A stretch of DNA of 53,062 nucleotides from Scorias spongiosa (lineage: Eukaryota): assembly GCA_018467035.1 (NCBI GenBank), contig JACSZZ010000005.1, forward strand, positions 3,224,001 to 3,277,062. Direction: 5' to 3'. A model generated the notes under the pieces. It saw only the letters and a list, made by a program, of their open reading frames with translations, ran no database searches and was not told the DNA's origin. This document shows, piece by piece, positions 10,996 through 23,515 of the stretch. The position numbers and the translations under genes are program-made. Numbering within the stretch: the first letter of the stretch is position 1; every line of letters starts with the position of its first letter.

Positions 10996-11970
10996 ATGGC
11001 CCTCGCAGACTACCTCGCCAAGAACTATCTCTCTGCAGATCAGCAAGAGTCAAAGAAGCGCAAACGAAAGGACAAACTCAAGGATGGCGGATTGACAGTG
11101 GAGGACGATGAGGCCGAATGGACGAAGTCACACCCAGCGGATCACGATGAAGACGATGCAACACTGGTCGGCGATCTCTCCGGCGGCCTCAATAAACCGA
11201 GCAAAAAAGCCAAATGGATCAAGATCGGGAACCCAACCCCTCCAGACTCGGAGCAAACGGCAGCAGATGCAATACTTGCAGACGCGCAAAAGCATGCTGC
11301 TCTCAGAGCTGAGAAAGATGATGAATCGCCAGCAGTGGTAGATGGACTCGGCGTGGACTCTTCGGGACCTCAAATGGCGTCTGGAGCAATGGCGGGATTG
11401 CAGACGGCAGAGCAAGTGACCAAGGCTTTGGCTAGGAGAGAGCGAGCAGAGAAGAAGGCGCTCGAAGCTCAAGGGCTGGATCCAACTGGGAAAGCACAGG
11501 AGACGATATACCGTGACGCATCTGGGCGGATCATCAATGTAGCCATGAAGCGAGCCGAGATGCGACAAAAGCAGGTAGACGAGGAACGGAAGAAAATGGA
11601 GGAAGAGGAGAGTGCTAAGGGTGACGTTCAGAGAAGGCAGAAGGCTGAACGGCATGAAGAGTTGAGAAATGCGAGGACGATGACGGTGGCCAGACACGCA
11701 GATGATCACGAACTCAACGACGAGCAAAAGGCGCAGGAGCGATGGAACGACCCAATGGCCAAGCTATTGTCGAGCAAGAAAGGCGGCAGCAAGTCTAAAT
11801 CTCGGAAGACTTATGCTGGGGGTCATGAACCAAACCGATATGGAATCAAGCCTGGGTGGAGGTGGGACGGCGTGGACAGAAGCAATGGTTTCGAAAGGAA
11901 ATGGTTTGCGGCGCGCAACAAGGCCAGGGAAAGGGAAGAGCTGGAGTATACCTGGCAGATGGACGAGTAG
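10996..11970 (+). CDS. BUD13: Pre-mRNA splicing factor Bud13/Cwc26 (RES complex)
   Basis: N-terminal LADYLAKNYL, ETIYRDASGR, ERWNDPM and the C-terminal NRYGIKPGWRWDGVDRSNGFE signature. Confidence 0.96.
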   Translation: MALADYLAKNYLSADQQESKKRKRKDKLKDGGLTVEDDEAEWTKSHPADHDEDDATLVGDLSGGLNKPSKKAKWIKIGNPTPPDSEQTAADAILADAQKHAALRAEKDDESPAVVDGLGVDSSGPQMASGAMAGLQTAEQVTKALARRERAEKKALEAQGLDPTGKAQETIYRDASGRIINVAMKRAEMRQKQVDEERKKMEEEESAKGDVQRRQKAERHEELRNARTMTVARHADDHELNDEQKAQERWNDPMAKLLSSKKGGSKSKSRKTYAGGHEPNRYGIKPGWRWDGVDRSNGFERKWFAARNKAREREELEYTWQMDE

Positions 11971-13068
11971 TAGGACACATCGAGAGAGCATGTCTTGTCA
12001 GAATGGCGAGCTGCGAACAGGCGTAAAGCGATTACATCAACACGCACGCGAAGAAAAATAATTCCTGCAACATTCGAGCCGGGAGAAGAGATCCTCAAGA
12101 AACGATACCCAATCCAAACTTCACGATGATCAGAATGCAAGAGAGGACGGCCCTCACAGTGTAGACCGCGGCGCAGGCCAACACAGCGTCGCATATGCAT
12201 GCAACACACACACAGTCCAGTGCGAATCTACCACCTATCCACACCTCCACCTACCTCGTCATTAACTGCCAGGGACTGGAGAGCAGACAAAGCAAGCATG
12301 ACTAATAGCTGAGGTAACGGGTCTCCGCATTATCACATGCGCCGTCGCTCAACGCATGACTCTTAGCAAGTCATCCATTATCTCCTATCGCTTCCCGATC
12401 CCTCCTGGATAGCAACGGCTGTAGGCGGGCGCAAGCGCAGCGGGTAAAGGTGCAGGTGCAGGCCCGGTGCAGGTGCAGGTGGCTTCTGACGTGAGCGGCG
12501 GCCCACCAGTTGGACACGCCTGTCTAGGTACCCGTGGACCTATCTACCTACCTACCTGCTTGGCCGGCCTGGCTCCTACACCCGGCAACCCGCCATCGTC
12601 ATCACCCTGTCCTCTGTCAACAACCCGATACCTACCAACACCAACACCAACACCGAAACCTGACACCGACGACACCACCACCACAAGTACCACCACAGCC
12701 GCCCTCACTACAACTGCCGCTGCGACCACAACGTTCCTACCTGTCCACCACTGCCCTCGCCGCGCTCCAGAATCCATACTCTACCCAGGTCTCTACGCTG
12801 GTACTCTCTTAGAATCTTGTTGAGTCACTCAGAAAGTTGAGCCAGAGGTACCTGGCATCGAATCGCCTGTTGTCAAGTGCCTCCCTCCGCCGCTGCCCTC
12901 GTCCACCTTGATCCTACCTCGCGCCTATAAACCTTGATCTGCAGCCTATTCTTCGCGCAACCTGTGAATCGAACCCGATCCTAATCAGCTTCCTCCCCCT
13001 TCCATCCTCAACCAAGCAGATATCCTCGTCGCATCTGCCACATCAGCCTGCCATCATCACAACCCAGT

Positions 13069-13741
13069 ATGGCCTCTCACACCTTCTCTACCTCTGATTT
13101 GCGAAGTGCCGCTCGCGGTCACAACCGCAGCAGTTCTCAGAGACATAAGTGGGCTCTTGGTGCGGTAGATGTCAGATCACGCCCTGGAAACCCTCGGCCC
13201 ATGCGGTTCAATGACATGTATGATACCTCCTGACTTCTCAAGTGCACGCTTGCCCCAGTCGTATCTGTCACATTGAGTTCGATTTCCCTTACTGACCTTT
13301 CGTCGTCAAAGTGCCTCGAATCTCGAACGTCGCAGTGAAAAGGCAGCATTGAGCAAGGTGAAGGACGGCAATCGCGTTGATCCACTGTGGGAGCTTGACA
13401 TGGAGGAAGATACCATCGCTGCTTTTTCTGGAGCCTCAGACTCTGCTTCCGACTTGGACGAGAATGCTGTTTCACCTGCTGCCGAAGCCTCCGTCATGTT
13501 CTCTTACGATGCTGCAAAGGGCCCATCACATGGCAGCGAGATCCTCAACCTAGCTTTAGCAAAGGCAGAAGAGCGCTTCAAAGATAAGGAGACCGCAAAA
13601 CTGGTCAAGTCCGAATATGATGTCCTAGACACACAGGGAGAGCTCATTGGTCTAGACAAAATCAGGAAAGGGAAAGGCAAGTCTGAGAGCAGACACAATC
13701 GGTCAGAAGAAGCTGAAGAAGAGGACTACGAATTTGTTTGA
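13069..13741 (+). CDS. Small acidic uncharacterised protein (192 aa, 2 exons)
   Basis: Exons 13069-13217 and 13312-13741. The intron GTATGA...ACTGAC...AAAG is phase-consistent (AT|T = Ile). Core FSYDAAKGPSHGSEILNLALAKAEERFKDKETAKLVKSEYDVL; ends EEEDYEFV*. Confidence 0.75.
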
Positions 13742-14685
13742 ACATATCTTGTTTGCACCTTGCCGATTGGAATCTAATCTCTGAGATCGCAAACACTCGT
13801 CACCTCGAGCAAGAACACCTACTTGCCATCTCTGGCTTTGTTGTCCAGCTCCAGTCAGCCATTGTCGGCATGCTTTGCATGTGATTTGGACCTGCGTTAA
13901 ACTCAACCGGCGCCCTGGGACGTTACGCGTGGTCATGACAGATCAACCAGTTGCTGGCCGCTGCCTCCCCAGAAGATATGCAACCACCAGCCTTCAGCGA
14001 ATGATCCCTACCGTACTAACCACAATTTGCATGGCGTTGTTAACTACATGTTGAATGGCGTTGGTGGGTTTGCATTGGCTTAGGCTAACGAAGGTCATTG
14101 CTTCTCAAATCGCCCATACTAGACCTAAGCTATTGAATTCTAGCTAGAAACTCTTCACCTAACATAATATGGCCACAGACTGAAACCATTTTACTCTTGG
14201 CTTTGCGAGGACGAACCGATGCCAAACCTCTGTGCCCCGTGGCGATGTGAACCCAATTTGACCAACGTTAAGATACCTTATTCCAGATAGTTTCCTTACC
14301 AGACTGTAGTTCAACTGGTTATACTTTGTGCTACTGAGTTTGTGAGCTGGCGTCAAGCTTGATCTCCATTGGTGAGCGTTGTGCATGCTTTAGTGGGGTC
14401 CTCATGCATTCTAGTGCCAGTATCAATTTCTGCGTTGGGCCATGTTGCAGCGTGAAGCCCTGTGATCGCTAGATGACGGATCAGACCTGGAAAAGGCTGA
14501 ATAATAATTCGAAAAAGGTTCGTCCTCTCTAGTGGATGGCTTCAGCGGGCGACAATATCACCATCTCCGCTACTTGGGAAGCCAGCCCTATTCAAAAGGT
14601 GATACAAGACCAGCATTTTGGAACAATTATCATTTGAGAACAGCCACTAGAGATTGCCGTTCCAACATGCTACTTCCTGGGCAGC

Positions 14686-16376
14686 ATGGATCATCGCACG
14701 CTCATTAGTTTGTCACAGAAAGCCGAAGAAGCAGCCTCGATTCTTGTGGCTTTGAAAGACTCTCTGAGCTTTGAGGCAATCCCCAAGACCACTGCCGTTG
14801 TTGGGGATCTGTTCGCCATCAGTGCCGGCTTGCGTGAGCTTGTCAATCTGGAACCGAGATCAAGAGGTTCTGGGCGTGTAGCAACTCTCAATGATGACGT
14901 TCGGCTGGTCGTCACAACGATAACTCTCACTCTGGACGATGTCTTGACTTCATTTGTACGTACGAGGACAGGAACACGCCAGGCTCTTTGGGATGAATTG
15001 AATCTACGAATGGCGCAAGAAGAGCTGGTCGAGCTGCCTGAGCGGCTAGTCTGGTACCGGAGATTCCTTCAAGATTGCCTCATCTCGCTCGTGGATCGTT
15101 CACCCTCGGCAATGTCATCGGAAAGGAAGCGCCTCTTTGCGCTGTCAGAAAGGCAACAACTTACGAGGTTGGCCCGGCAGACTCTAGACAGAGCTCGCCC
15201 AGTCACACCATCTCCCAGACTTCACCAGGATGGGCAGTGGCCTGGTATGAAACTCCTGCAGTCACCGAATCATCCATCGGAACAGTGGGACTACCGCACA
15301 CCTCCCCCTCTTGCGCCAGACCCGCCAGTGTCGCTGTCACCCACCTTCACGAACGATTCATCTCAGTCGTTCTTCTCTAGTGAAACCTCAATGTCATCGT
15401 CAATACCTCCAATTTCGACAGCGCACTGGGCGCAGGACATATTTGACGGGAATTACCCGCAGACGCCTTTCCATGATGCTCACCAAAGGTATTCACCAAT
15501 GATCCGTCCATGAGACACGGTAGAACTGACAATGTGAAGCGATGATCCGGCCCAATGCTATGGAAACACGAACCCCCTCTCCCTCTCGAGACTCAGATCC
15601 GATGGGTTCGAACCGATAGTCAGTCTTCCCTTCGAGCGTGAAACCCTATGGGTCTACCTATATTGGCGTCCCATGGACGGCCGAGTAAGGATTCTCGTCT
15701 TGGTTCACGACACGCTGAGGCAGGATCTCTTGTACTGTGTGCCACTTACCAGCCTGAAAGTCATCAGAAACAAGTCATGTCTACAGCTCTGTCGAGCCAG
15801 CCGCAACGGGACTTACGAGCTGTGGTCAAGGCTGAATTTTGCGCTCTACGAGAGGATGGCGCTATTCTACTTGACATTCATCGCTGCCAAGCATCAAGAC
15901 AGAGCAGGTATTGAGGATCCAAAGTTGCTTGACAGTTTCGAACTCCACGAGGAGGCGGAGTTTGAAGGTCAGATCCGCGACGGCAATGTATTGCATGGAC
16001 TGCGATTGTTTCGAGACCAGGCTTCTGGCGTGCTGAGGATTGAAGCTTCCGTGCTTCATGGGCCCATGAGAGATGTCCCGATCTGGACGGCCTTTCTGAC
16101 CAAATATGCAGGAGACCCTGATCATTTCCAAGACGAAGGCAGAGGTGTAGTCAACGTCATTACCCTGCGTCCGCCTCCTTACTATTTCCAAGACGAGTAC
16201 AGATTGCCGATAGGCTCCTTCGAATCTTACACTCTGAAGTTTGCTTCGACATCAGGTGAGTACATAGGGAGACCATCCTAAGCTATTTGCTTGATACGAC
16301 CAAGCTGACCGCCAAGAAAGATGCCCAGGCTTTCGTAAACGTATGGAGGAATCTATGCAGAGCTATGCGAGGTTAG
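14686..16376 (+). CDS. Hypothetical protein (524 aa, 3 exons): helical N-terminal domain, Pro/Ser linker, beta-rich C-terminal domain
   Basis: Exons 14686-15488, 15540-16255 and 16321-16376. Introns GTATTC...CTGAC...GAAG and GTGAGT...GCTGAC...AAAG are both phase-consistent and join track ORFs 14686..15513 and 15673..16281. Confidence 0.8.
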
Positions 16377-17027
16377 AGATGGCAGGCGTAGCCTTTACAT
16401 TCGAAAGCTGCTTGACTAAATGTCAACCACCTTCTCCATGCAGGAGATTGGGGAGGCGGCCAAAAAAAGAAGCTTCGGATCAAAACTGAGAAATCTGCGC
16501 CACGACAACAAGGGATTCTTGTCCGAGCAGAGATACTCACACTTGAGGTTGCAACAAAACAAAGACTCACAGCGACCTTATTGGCAGGCTCATTGGGCAT
16601 CCTGCGGCCCATAGGTGTCCATCAGAATACCTACCTACGGTGGTATTACCTGCCTAGGTGCTCCTAGGTCCAGAGGTATTCCTGGATCTAGCCGGTATCG
16701 CCGCGGCTAGCGGAGATACCCGTGATCGTAGATTAGATACCATACCCTCCGTCCAGGGCTCAAGGTGCACGCGATCCACACCACAGCACAGGTGGGGTCG
16801 CACAGCGGGAAGTACAGTACAAGCTCTTGGAAAGAGGATGGCTAGTGTGAAGGGTCCAAAGAATATTTCTGATGCTGTAAACTTCGACCTACTCTAGCGC
16901 TACGAGTTCCTGTCGCCTCACAAACCTCTGCATCTTTCATCATTCCTCCCCTCTCTCGACAACAGACATACACTTGATTGATTCATACCTCTACCGCCTA
17001 CACTCAGTTCCACTCATCGCCACCAAT

Positions 17028-18241
<1,214 letters not shown>

Positions 18242-18544
18242 ATATTATTCATGGGTTGATGATCCCCTTCGATATAGATTGATACATCATCCACTTTCGT
18301 CACGTGTTTAGGTCGCAGCTTTAGCTTCGCTGACCATACTTGTCTAGAGCGTTCAAGCGAGCAATCAAATTCAATCACCACGGTGGCTGGTTCCAAAACT
18401 ATCTCGCCCCAATTGTCGATGACCATGCACACTTCCGTGCTGCCTAAAGTTCGCTTGGTAAGGTTTCGTACATTTCCCGCTCCCACTCTTTTTCCACATC
18501 CGCACGACCGGGAAGCCGACAATTTCGATCTACCTCCTCGAGGC

Positions 18545-20047
18545 CTACGAGTCCACAGCCGTCAATCTTCCATAACTGGGCCGAGACACATTTACAATCC
18601 GTGGACGGTGAGATGCCAAGCAATGTTGGGGTAGGCAACCTTCATGCGTACTCAGCCATGGTTTGCATAAGCTCACCTGTTTGGCTATACAGACGTGGGG
18701 ACCAGCCCCAGTCGCTGTGGCATCTTCTGGATCGCAGTCTTGTGATGTTGGTTCGACCATTTTGGAGACAGTCGACAGGGACTTGTCTTGCCGTGGCGGG
18801 CGTGTAGAAACTGATTGAGGAGACTTCCTAGACGATTGCACAGCTCTATCGCTCCTGAACCTGCTACTGACAGAATGCGATATTTGCATTGGTACTGGCA
18901 TGTTTGCCGAGTTCAGATCTGCATTGGTCTGGATTGAAGCAGGCTCTCTAAATCCAGGTGATCTGGTTGATGCAGCCGTGGGCGAAGCGTCATAGTCTCG
19001 CAATTTCAAGTCAAGCGATGGTGTCGCAATGCCATCAACATGTTCATTTTCGAAAGTTACGGCCATACGCCGTTTGGTGCTGTGCTCCAAGGATGGCCTC
19101 ATTGGTCGACCGGGATATTCTGTGCGAACATCTGCTTTCGGTGCAAGTTTCTCAGTTTCAATACGTGCTGAAAGTGAGGCACTCGTACTGTTGGAATTGT
19201 TCGGATGAGATGGTTTTCGTCTAGGCTCGAATCTGGAGGGGACAGAGGTAGGATAAGTTGCGTTGTCCTCTTGATTCGTCGACCAGCTTGCTGACACAGG
19301 CTGGTCTTCCGCAGTCACCGGAAGGGTGGGGGCATTGGATTTGGCGCTTTCACCACCACGAGCAAAGTTTGCAAGTCCTTGCAGGGACCTTGAGCGCAAG
19401 TTTGTTGAAGGAGTGTGTACCCTTCTACCGTCTGATGGGGCGTGAAAAGCTTCAAGGTCGGCTTTCGCGCGCGCCTGCCATCGAGCCATATGGCGTTGTG
19501 CTTGATTCTCTACTCCGGAACTTGGTGAGGTCGTAGAAGTATGATGACTAGAGATCACACGAGCAGACTGCTGTGAGGGTTCGGTAGCTAACACTTGCGA
19601 GTACTCCAAGGTCGTAAGATCATCTCTTTCCTTCTCTAGATGGCGGCAGCTTTGGAAGCCGATCCACTCACTGAATCTTCTCTTCCCCTCTGAAAGTCTC
19701 GGCTTGCCGGTTGAAGCCGGACTTTGAGCTGTAGGTGATATGAGAGTAGGCAGATAATCTTTCCATGTTTGTTGATTTCCCGAGACGGATTTGCGTTTCC
19801 ATAACCTCTTCCTTAGGGACGAACCTGCTGTCGTGGTAGACCGACTCGAATCGTCCACAACACTGACCGGGGACCTCACAAGTGAATGAGATGATGACCC
19901 CAGAAGATCCAGTGAAGCGCAGCGAACTTGCTGCGGTGACATAAAGCTAGTTTCATGACCTTTTGCGTCGGCAAAGGACGTCAGGAAACCATTATCCTGT
20001 GACCATCTCTGGCTGTGGCCGCGTTCAGACCAAGTCGATTGTGGCAT
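18545..20047 (-). CDS. Ser/Thr/Pro/Arg-rich, probably disordered orphan protein (~500 aa from the first ATG)
   Basis: 558-codon open frame. The track start at 20221 is GTG; the first ATG is at 20047. No domain recognised; basic patches RKRLWKRK and KRRF. The 5' end is uncertain. Confidence 0.6.
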   Translation of the reverse strand: MPQSTWSERGHSQRWSQDNGFLTSFADAKGHETSFMSPQQVRCASLDLLGSSSHSLVRSPVSVVDDSSRSTTTAGSSLRKRLWKRKSVSGNQQTWKDYLPTLISPTAQSPASTGKPRLSEGKRRFSEWIGFQSCRHLEKERDDLTTLEYSQVLATEPSQQSARVISSHHTSTTSPSSGVENQAQRHMARWQARAKADLEAFHAPSDGRRVHTPSTNLRSRSLQGLANFARGGESAKSNAPTLPVTAEDQPVSASWSTNQEDNATYPTSVPSRFEPRRKPSHPNNSNSTSASLSARIETEKLAPKADVRTEYPGRPMRPSLEHSTKRRMAVTFENEHVDGIATPSLDLKLRDYDASPTAASTRSPGFREPASIQTNADLNSANMPVPMQISHSVSSRFRSDRAVQSSRKSPQSVSTRPPRQDKSLSTVSKMVEPTSQDCDPEDATATGAGPHVCIAKQVSLCKPWLSTHEGCLPQHCLASHRPRIVNVSRPSYGRLTAVDS

Positions 20048-21210
20048 TTGCACTGTTAAAGCGACCCTCGACTGCAAGTGGGTAGGAAGCGGTATATGGT
20101 GACTTCTTCGGATTGCACCTTCTTGTGTTCGCTGTATGTTAACCAAGTTGCCATTGAATCCTGGTTGTACAATATATTGACCCACTACCGAAACCTCATG
20201 TCCAAAGTGGAACAAGATCACAGACGAGCCTTGTTCAGTGTGACCCTACTGGTACGTATGAGAGTCGGACATCTTACTGGGGATAGAGTATGGCTTTTGT
20301 GCGTTGGATCAGCAAGTCAAATAGAAAAAGTGTTTGTTTACTTAGAACGAGAGAATGAATTCAATACCTAGTCAGTTGGGAAGAGAGGGTATACTAAAAC
20401 TACCTCAGTAGCTTATCGAGCATCACTCAGAAAGAGGATAATGCTAGGTGCTAGTGTGCTTGACGACAACAATAAATTCGATATGTTTGTCACATTCTGG
20501 AAATGCATCATCCTTGGTGCATGCAGCAGAAGCCACATTTGTTCTAAACCGATGCACCTTCTCTTGTGTATGGCTTAGGCACCCAGTCCGCCAGCGATGA
20601 ATGAGTATGCTGGTAGGTCTGGTTCCTTGCGCCTTTCTCATAGGCTTTTGTAACTTCAAATGCTCCAACGCCCAAAGCGATAGGTCTTTTATGATCATTC
20701 TCATACCACCGACGTGCTCGGCGCTAGTGTTTCGCCTTGCCAATGCCACCGGCTGCCGGTGTTATGCGGAGATGTGCACCTTGCATAACGGCTGGTGAGG
20801 AGGCAAAGGACTTCGGCACCACCCGCAATCGTCCAGCCAACAACCTCAGGTACCGTGTTCAGGCGTGGGGAGTGCCAACTCTTTCCCTCGCGACCGCAAG
20901 TGTTATACCCAAATGCCATACACTGTTCTAGATAATGATGAAGCATATGATACATTGCGGGCGTAAAGTGGACAACGTCAACTGCCTTGCTTGTGAAGTT
21001 CTGCCGTGAAACCATGCATACGCGAAGATCGTACTTAAGCCGAGGCGTCCACCTCGGCTGTAAACACCTCTGTTGTGTGACGACTTTTCGTCAGCCAACG
21101 AAATAAACTTCGCAATGTTTAATATGTGAGCATTGACATTGTGTTCAAACCTCTCTCACCGTCCCCTTCACAGTCTCCACCTGTATCACTGTCCCACGTG
21201 CTTCTTCCAC

Positions 21211-22873
21211 ATGGCGACTCGATTATGGCAGCGTTTCCCTGCTCGGATCAAGAAACATCCTCCCTACCGTATCTATGGCAGACCGACAAGTAGTCTTGCT
21301 ACACAATCTAAGATAGATGACTCGAATCTCCCGCTCTCTGGGATTCGAGTTCTGGACATGACTAGAGTCCTAGCAGGGGTGGGTTGGCATCGTTGAAGAT
21401 ATTGCTCCATCTCGCTTCGATGACGCTTACCAGCTGTAGCCGTATTGCACCCAGATCTTAGGAGACCTTGGGTATGTCCAGAAAATAGCTGTAGAATTGC
21501 AAACGGACGGTTCAACTTTTAAATCGCCAAGCTAACTATTGTCTATCAGGGCTGAAGTAATCAAGATTGAGCATCCTGTTCGTGGCGACGATACTCGAGC
21601 ATGGGGTCCACCGTATGCCACTTATAGCACCGAAAGTGGGAAACAGGGCGCTGGAGAGAGTGCATACTTTCTTGCTGTAAGCTGTGTTCTATCGACGATG
21701 GACGGCCCTTAAGCAATGCTCACTCGCAACAGGTTAATCGTAACAAAAAGTCTGTTGGACTATCCTTCCAGTCCACCAAAGGCGTCGAAATCTTACACCA
21801 GCTTGCCAAAAGCTGCGACGTACTAGTGGAAAACTATCTCCCTGGTGCTCTTAAGAAGTACAAGATGGATTACGAAAGTCTGCGTAGAGTGAACCCAAGT
21901 CTTATCTACGCCAGCATAACCGGATATGGCCAAACTGGGCCATTCAAGCAACGGGCGGGTTACGACGTCATGGTCGAAGCGTGAGAGTTCGCATCCCAGT
22001 AGACGGTAGACGTTTGGAACACTGACTTCTGATAGTGAATTTGGTTTGATGCACATCACCGGCCACAGGGATTCTCCACCGGCCAAAGTCGGTGTAGCTG
22101 TCACCGATCTAACTACAGGATTGTACACTAGCAATAGCATTATGGCTGCTCTGATTGCTCGAAGCAAAACTGGGCAAGGCAAGCATCTTGATGTAGCTTT
22201 GTCTGACTGCCAGACCGCTACATTGGCCAACATCGCCTCTTCCACACTGATCAGCGGCAAGCCAGACTCTGGGCGATGGGGAACCGCACATCCTTCCATT
22301 GTGCCATACAAAGGATTCAAGACGAGCGATGGCAACATCATGATTGGAGGCGGCAACGACCGCCTCTTCGGCGTTATGTGTGAAAGACTAGGCCAAGACG
22401 AGTGGGCTGTAGACAGCAGATTCAAGACCAACGCAGACCGAGTCCGGAATAGGATCGAACTGGAAGCGCTCATAGAACAGATTACTTGTACAAGAACGAC
22501 ACAGGAATGGCTCTTAGTTTTCGAGGGTAGCGGTTTGCCGTATGCTGCGATTAACGACATCAAGGGAACTCTGGAACACGAGCACAGTGAGACCTCCCAA
22601 ACTCGATCACTCAAATACTTCATTCGAATACCTAGCTGATCTTGACACTCACAAACATTAGCTCTAGCACGTGATATGATCACCGAGATCGTTCACCCAT
22701 CATGTGGTCCGATGAAGTTGGTCAGTCCCCCAGTGAAATGGTCAGACTCAGGTCCTACCATTCGGGACCCTCCACCAACCCTGGGTCAACATACAGATGA
22801 CGTGCTCACGAAGCTTGTGGGGCTCAGTCCCAGCGATGTACAAAGCCTCCGGCATGAAGGGGTTGTCTCCTGA
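21211..22873 (+). CDS. CoA-transferase family III (CaiB/BaiF; succinate-hydroxymethylglutarate CoA-transferase-like), probably mitochondrial, 445 aa, 6 exons
   Basis: Exons 21211-21378, 21440-21471, 21550-21676, 21733-21980, 22036-22586 and 22662-22873, all phase-consistent. Motifs: [57 protein letters not shown], catalytic-Asp [14 protein letters not shown]. Arg-rich, acid-free presequence. Confidence 0.93.
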
Positions 22874-23515
22874 ATATTTTGATTTGCGAACATTTTACTT
22901 GGTGCCTGGCAGTGCAGCAAGTACGACACCGTTATAATAGCGTAGAGAATGAAGTGTGGGGATAAATCATACCTTTTTGCACAACCTTACTTTAGTTTAG
23001 TTGCCGTAGTAGGTACTACTTAACTAGGAGTTAGGCCTGACCACCACGTGAGATAGCGATAAGCAGACATAACTTTTACCACATCCGTATTGCCCATTAG
23101 TATCACCAGAATCAAATGCTTAACGACCAAATTGTCCGCACAGCGACAATACCCAAAAGCTCTTTCTATAGGATACATACCTCGGTAAGAAATGAACTTG
23201 AAAATGGATCAGCATGTCAAAGAGGCTTGAATCAACCACTATGATCGTCGCATCATTGTGACGTACATTTGAGAGACGCACCTCGATGTTCTATAAGGGT
23301 GGGGAACCATTCGGTTGTCTACATTGCTAGATACGGCAATGAAAGGTATGTATAGGACTTAAGAGTGTTTGTTCACAATGTCAAACCCTCTTTATCGCCA
23401 GATCTATCCAAGAACTTGACTGGCGAAAGGTATTACGACACGCTACCCATTTCGTCCTTCAACAACCCCATCACCAACATAAATAACGGGCCTTCAAGAT
23501 AACCATACGGACGCT

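Noticed and set aside
12467..12823. Thr/Pro-rich mucin-like ORFs
   Set aside because: They arise from C/A-rich low-complexity tracts (ccaaca, cacca) in the leader or promoter of the 13069 gene. They start at GTG and lack a signal peptide.
16688..16710. Hairpin CTAGCCG-N9-CGGCTAG upstream of HMT1
   Set aside because: A 7-bp stem is expected by chance in 53 kb.
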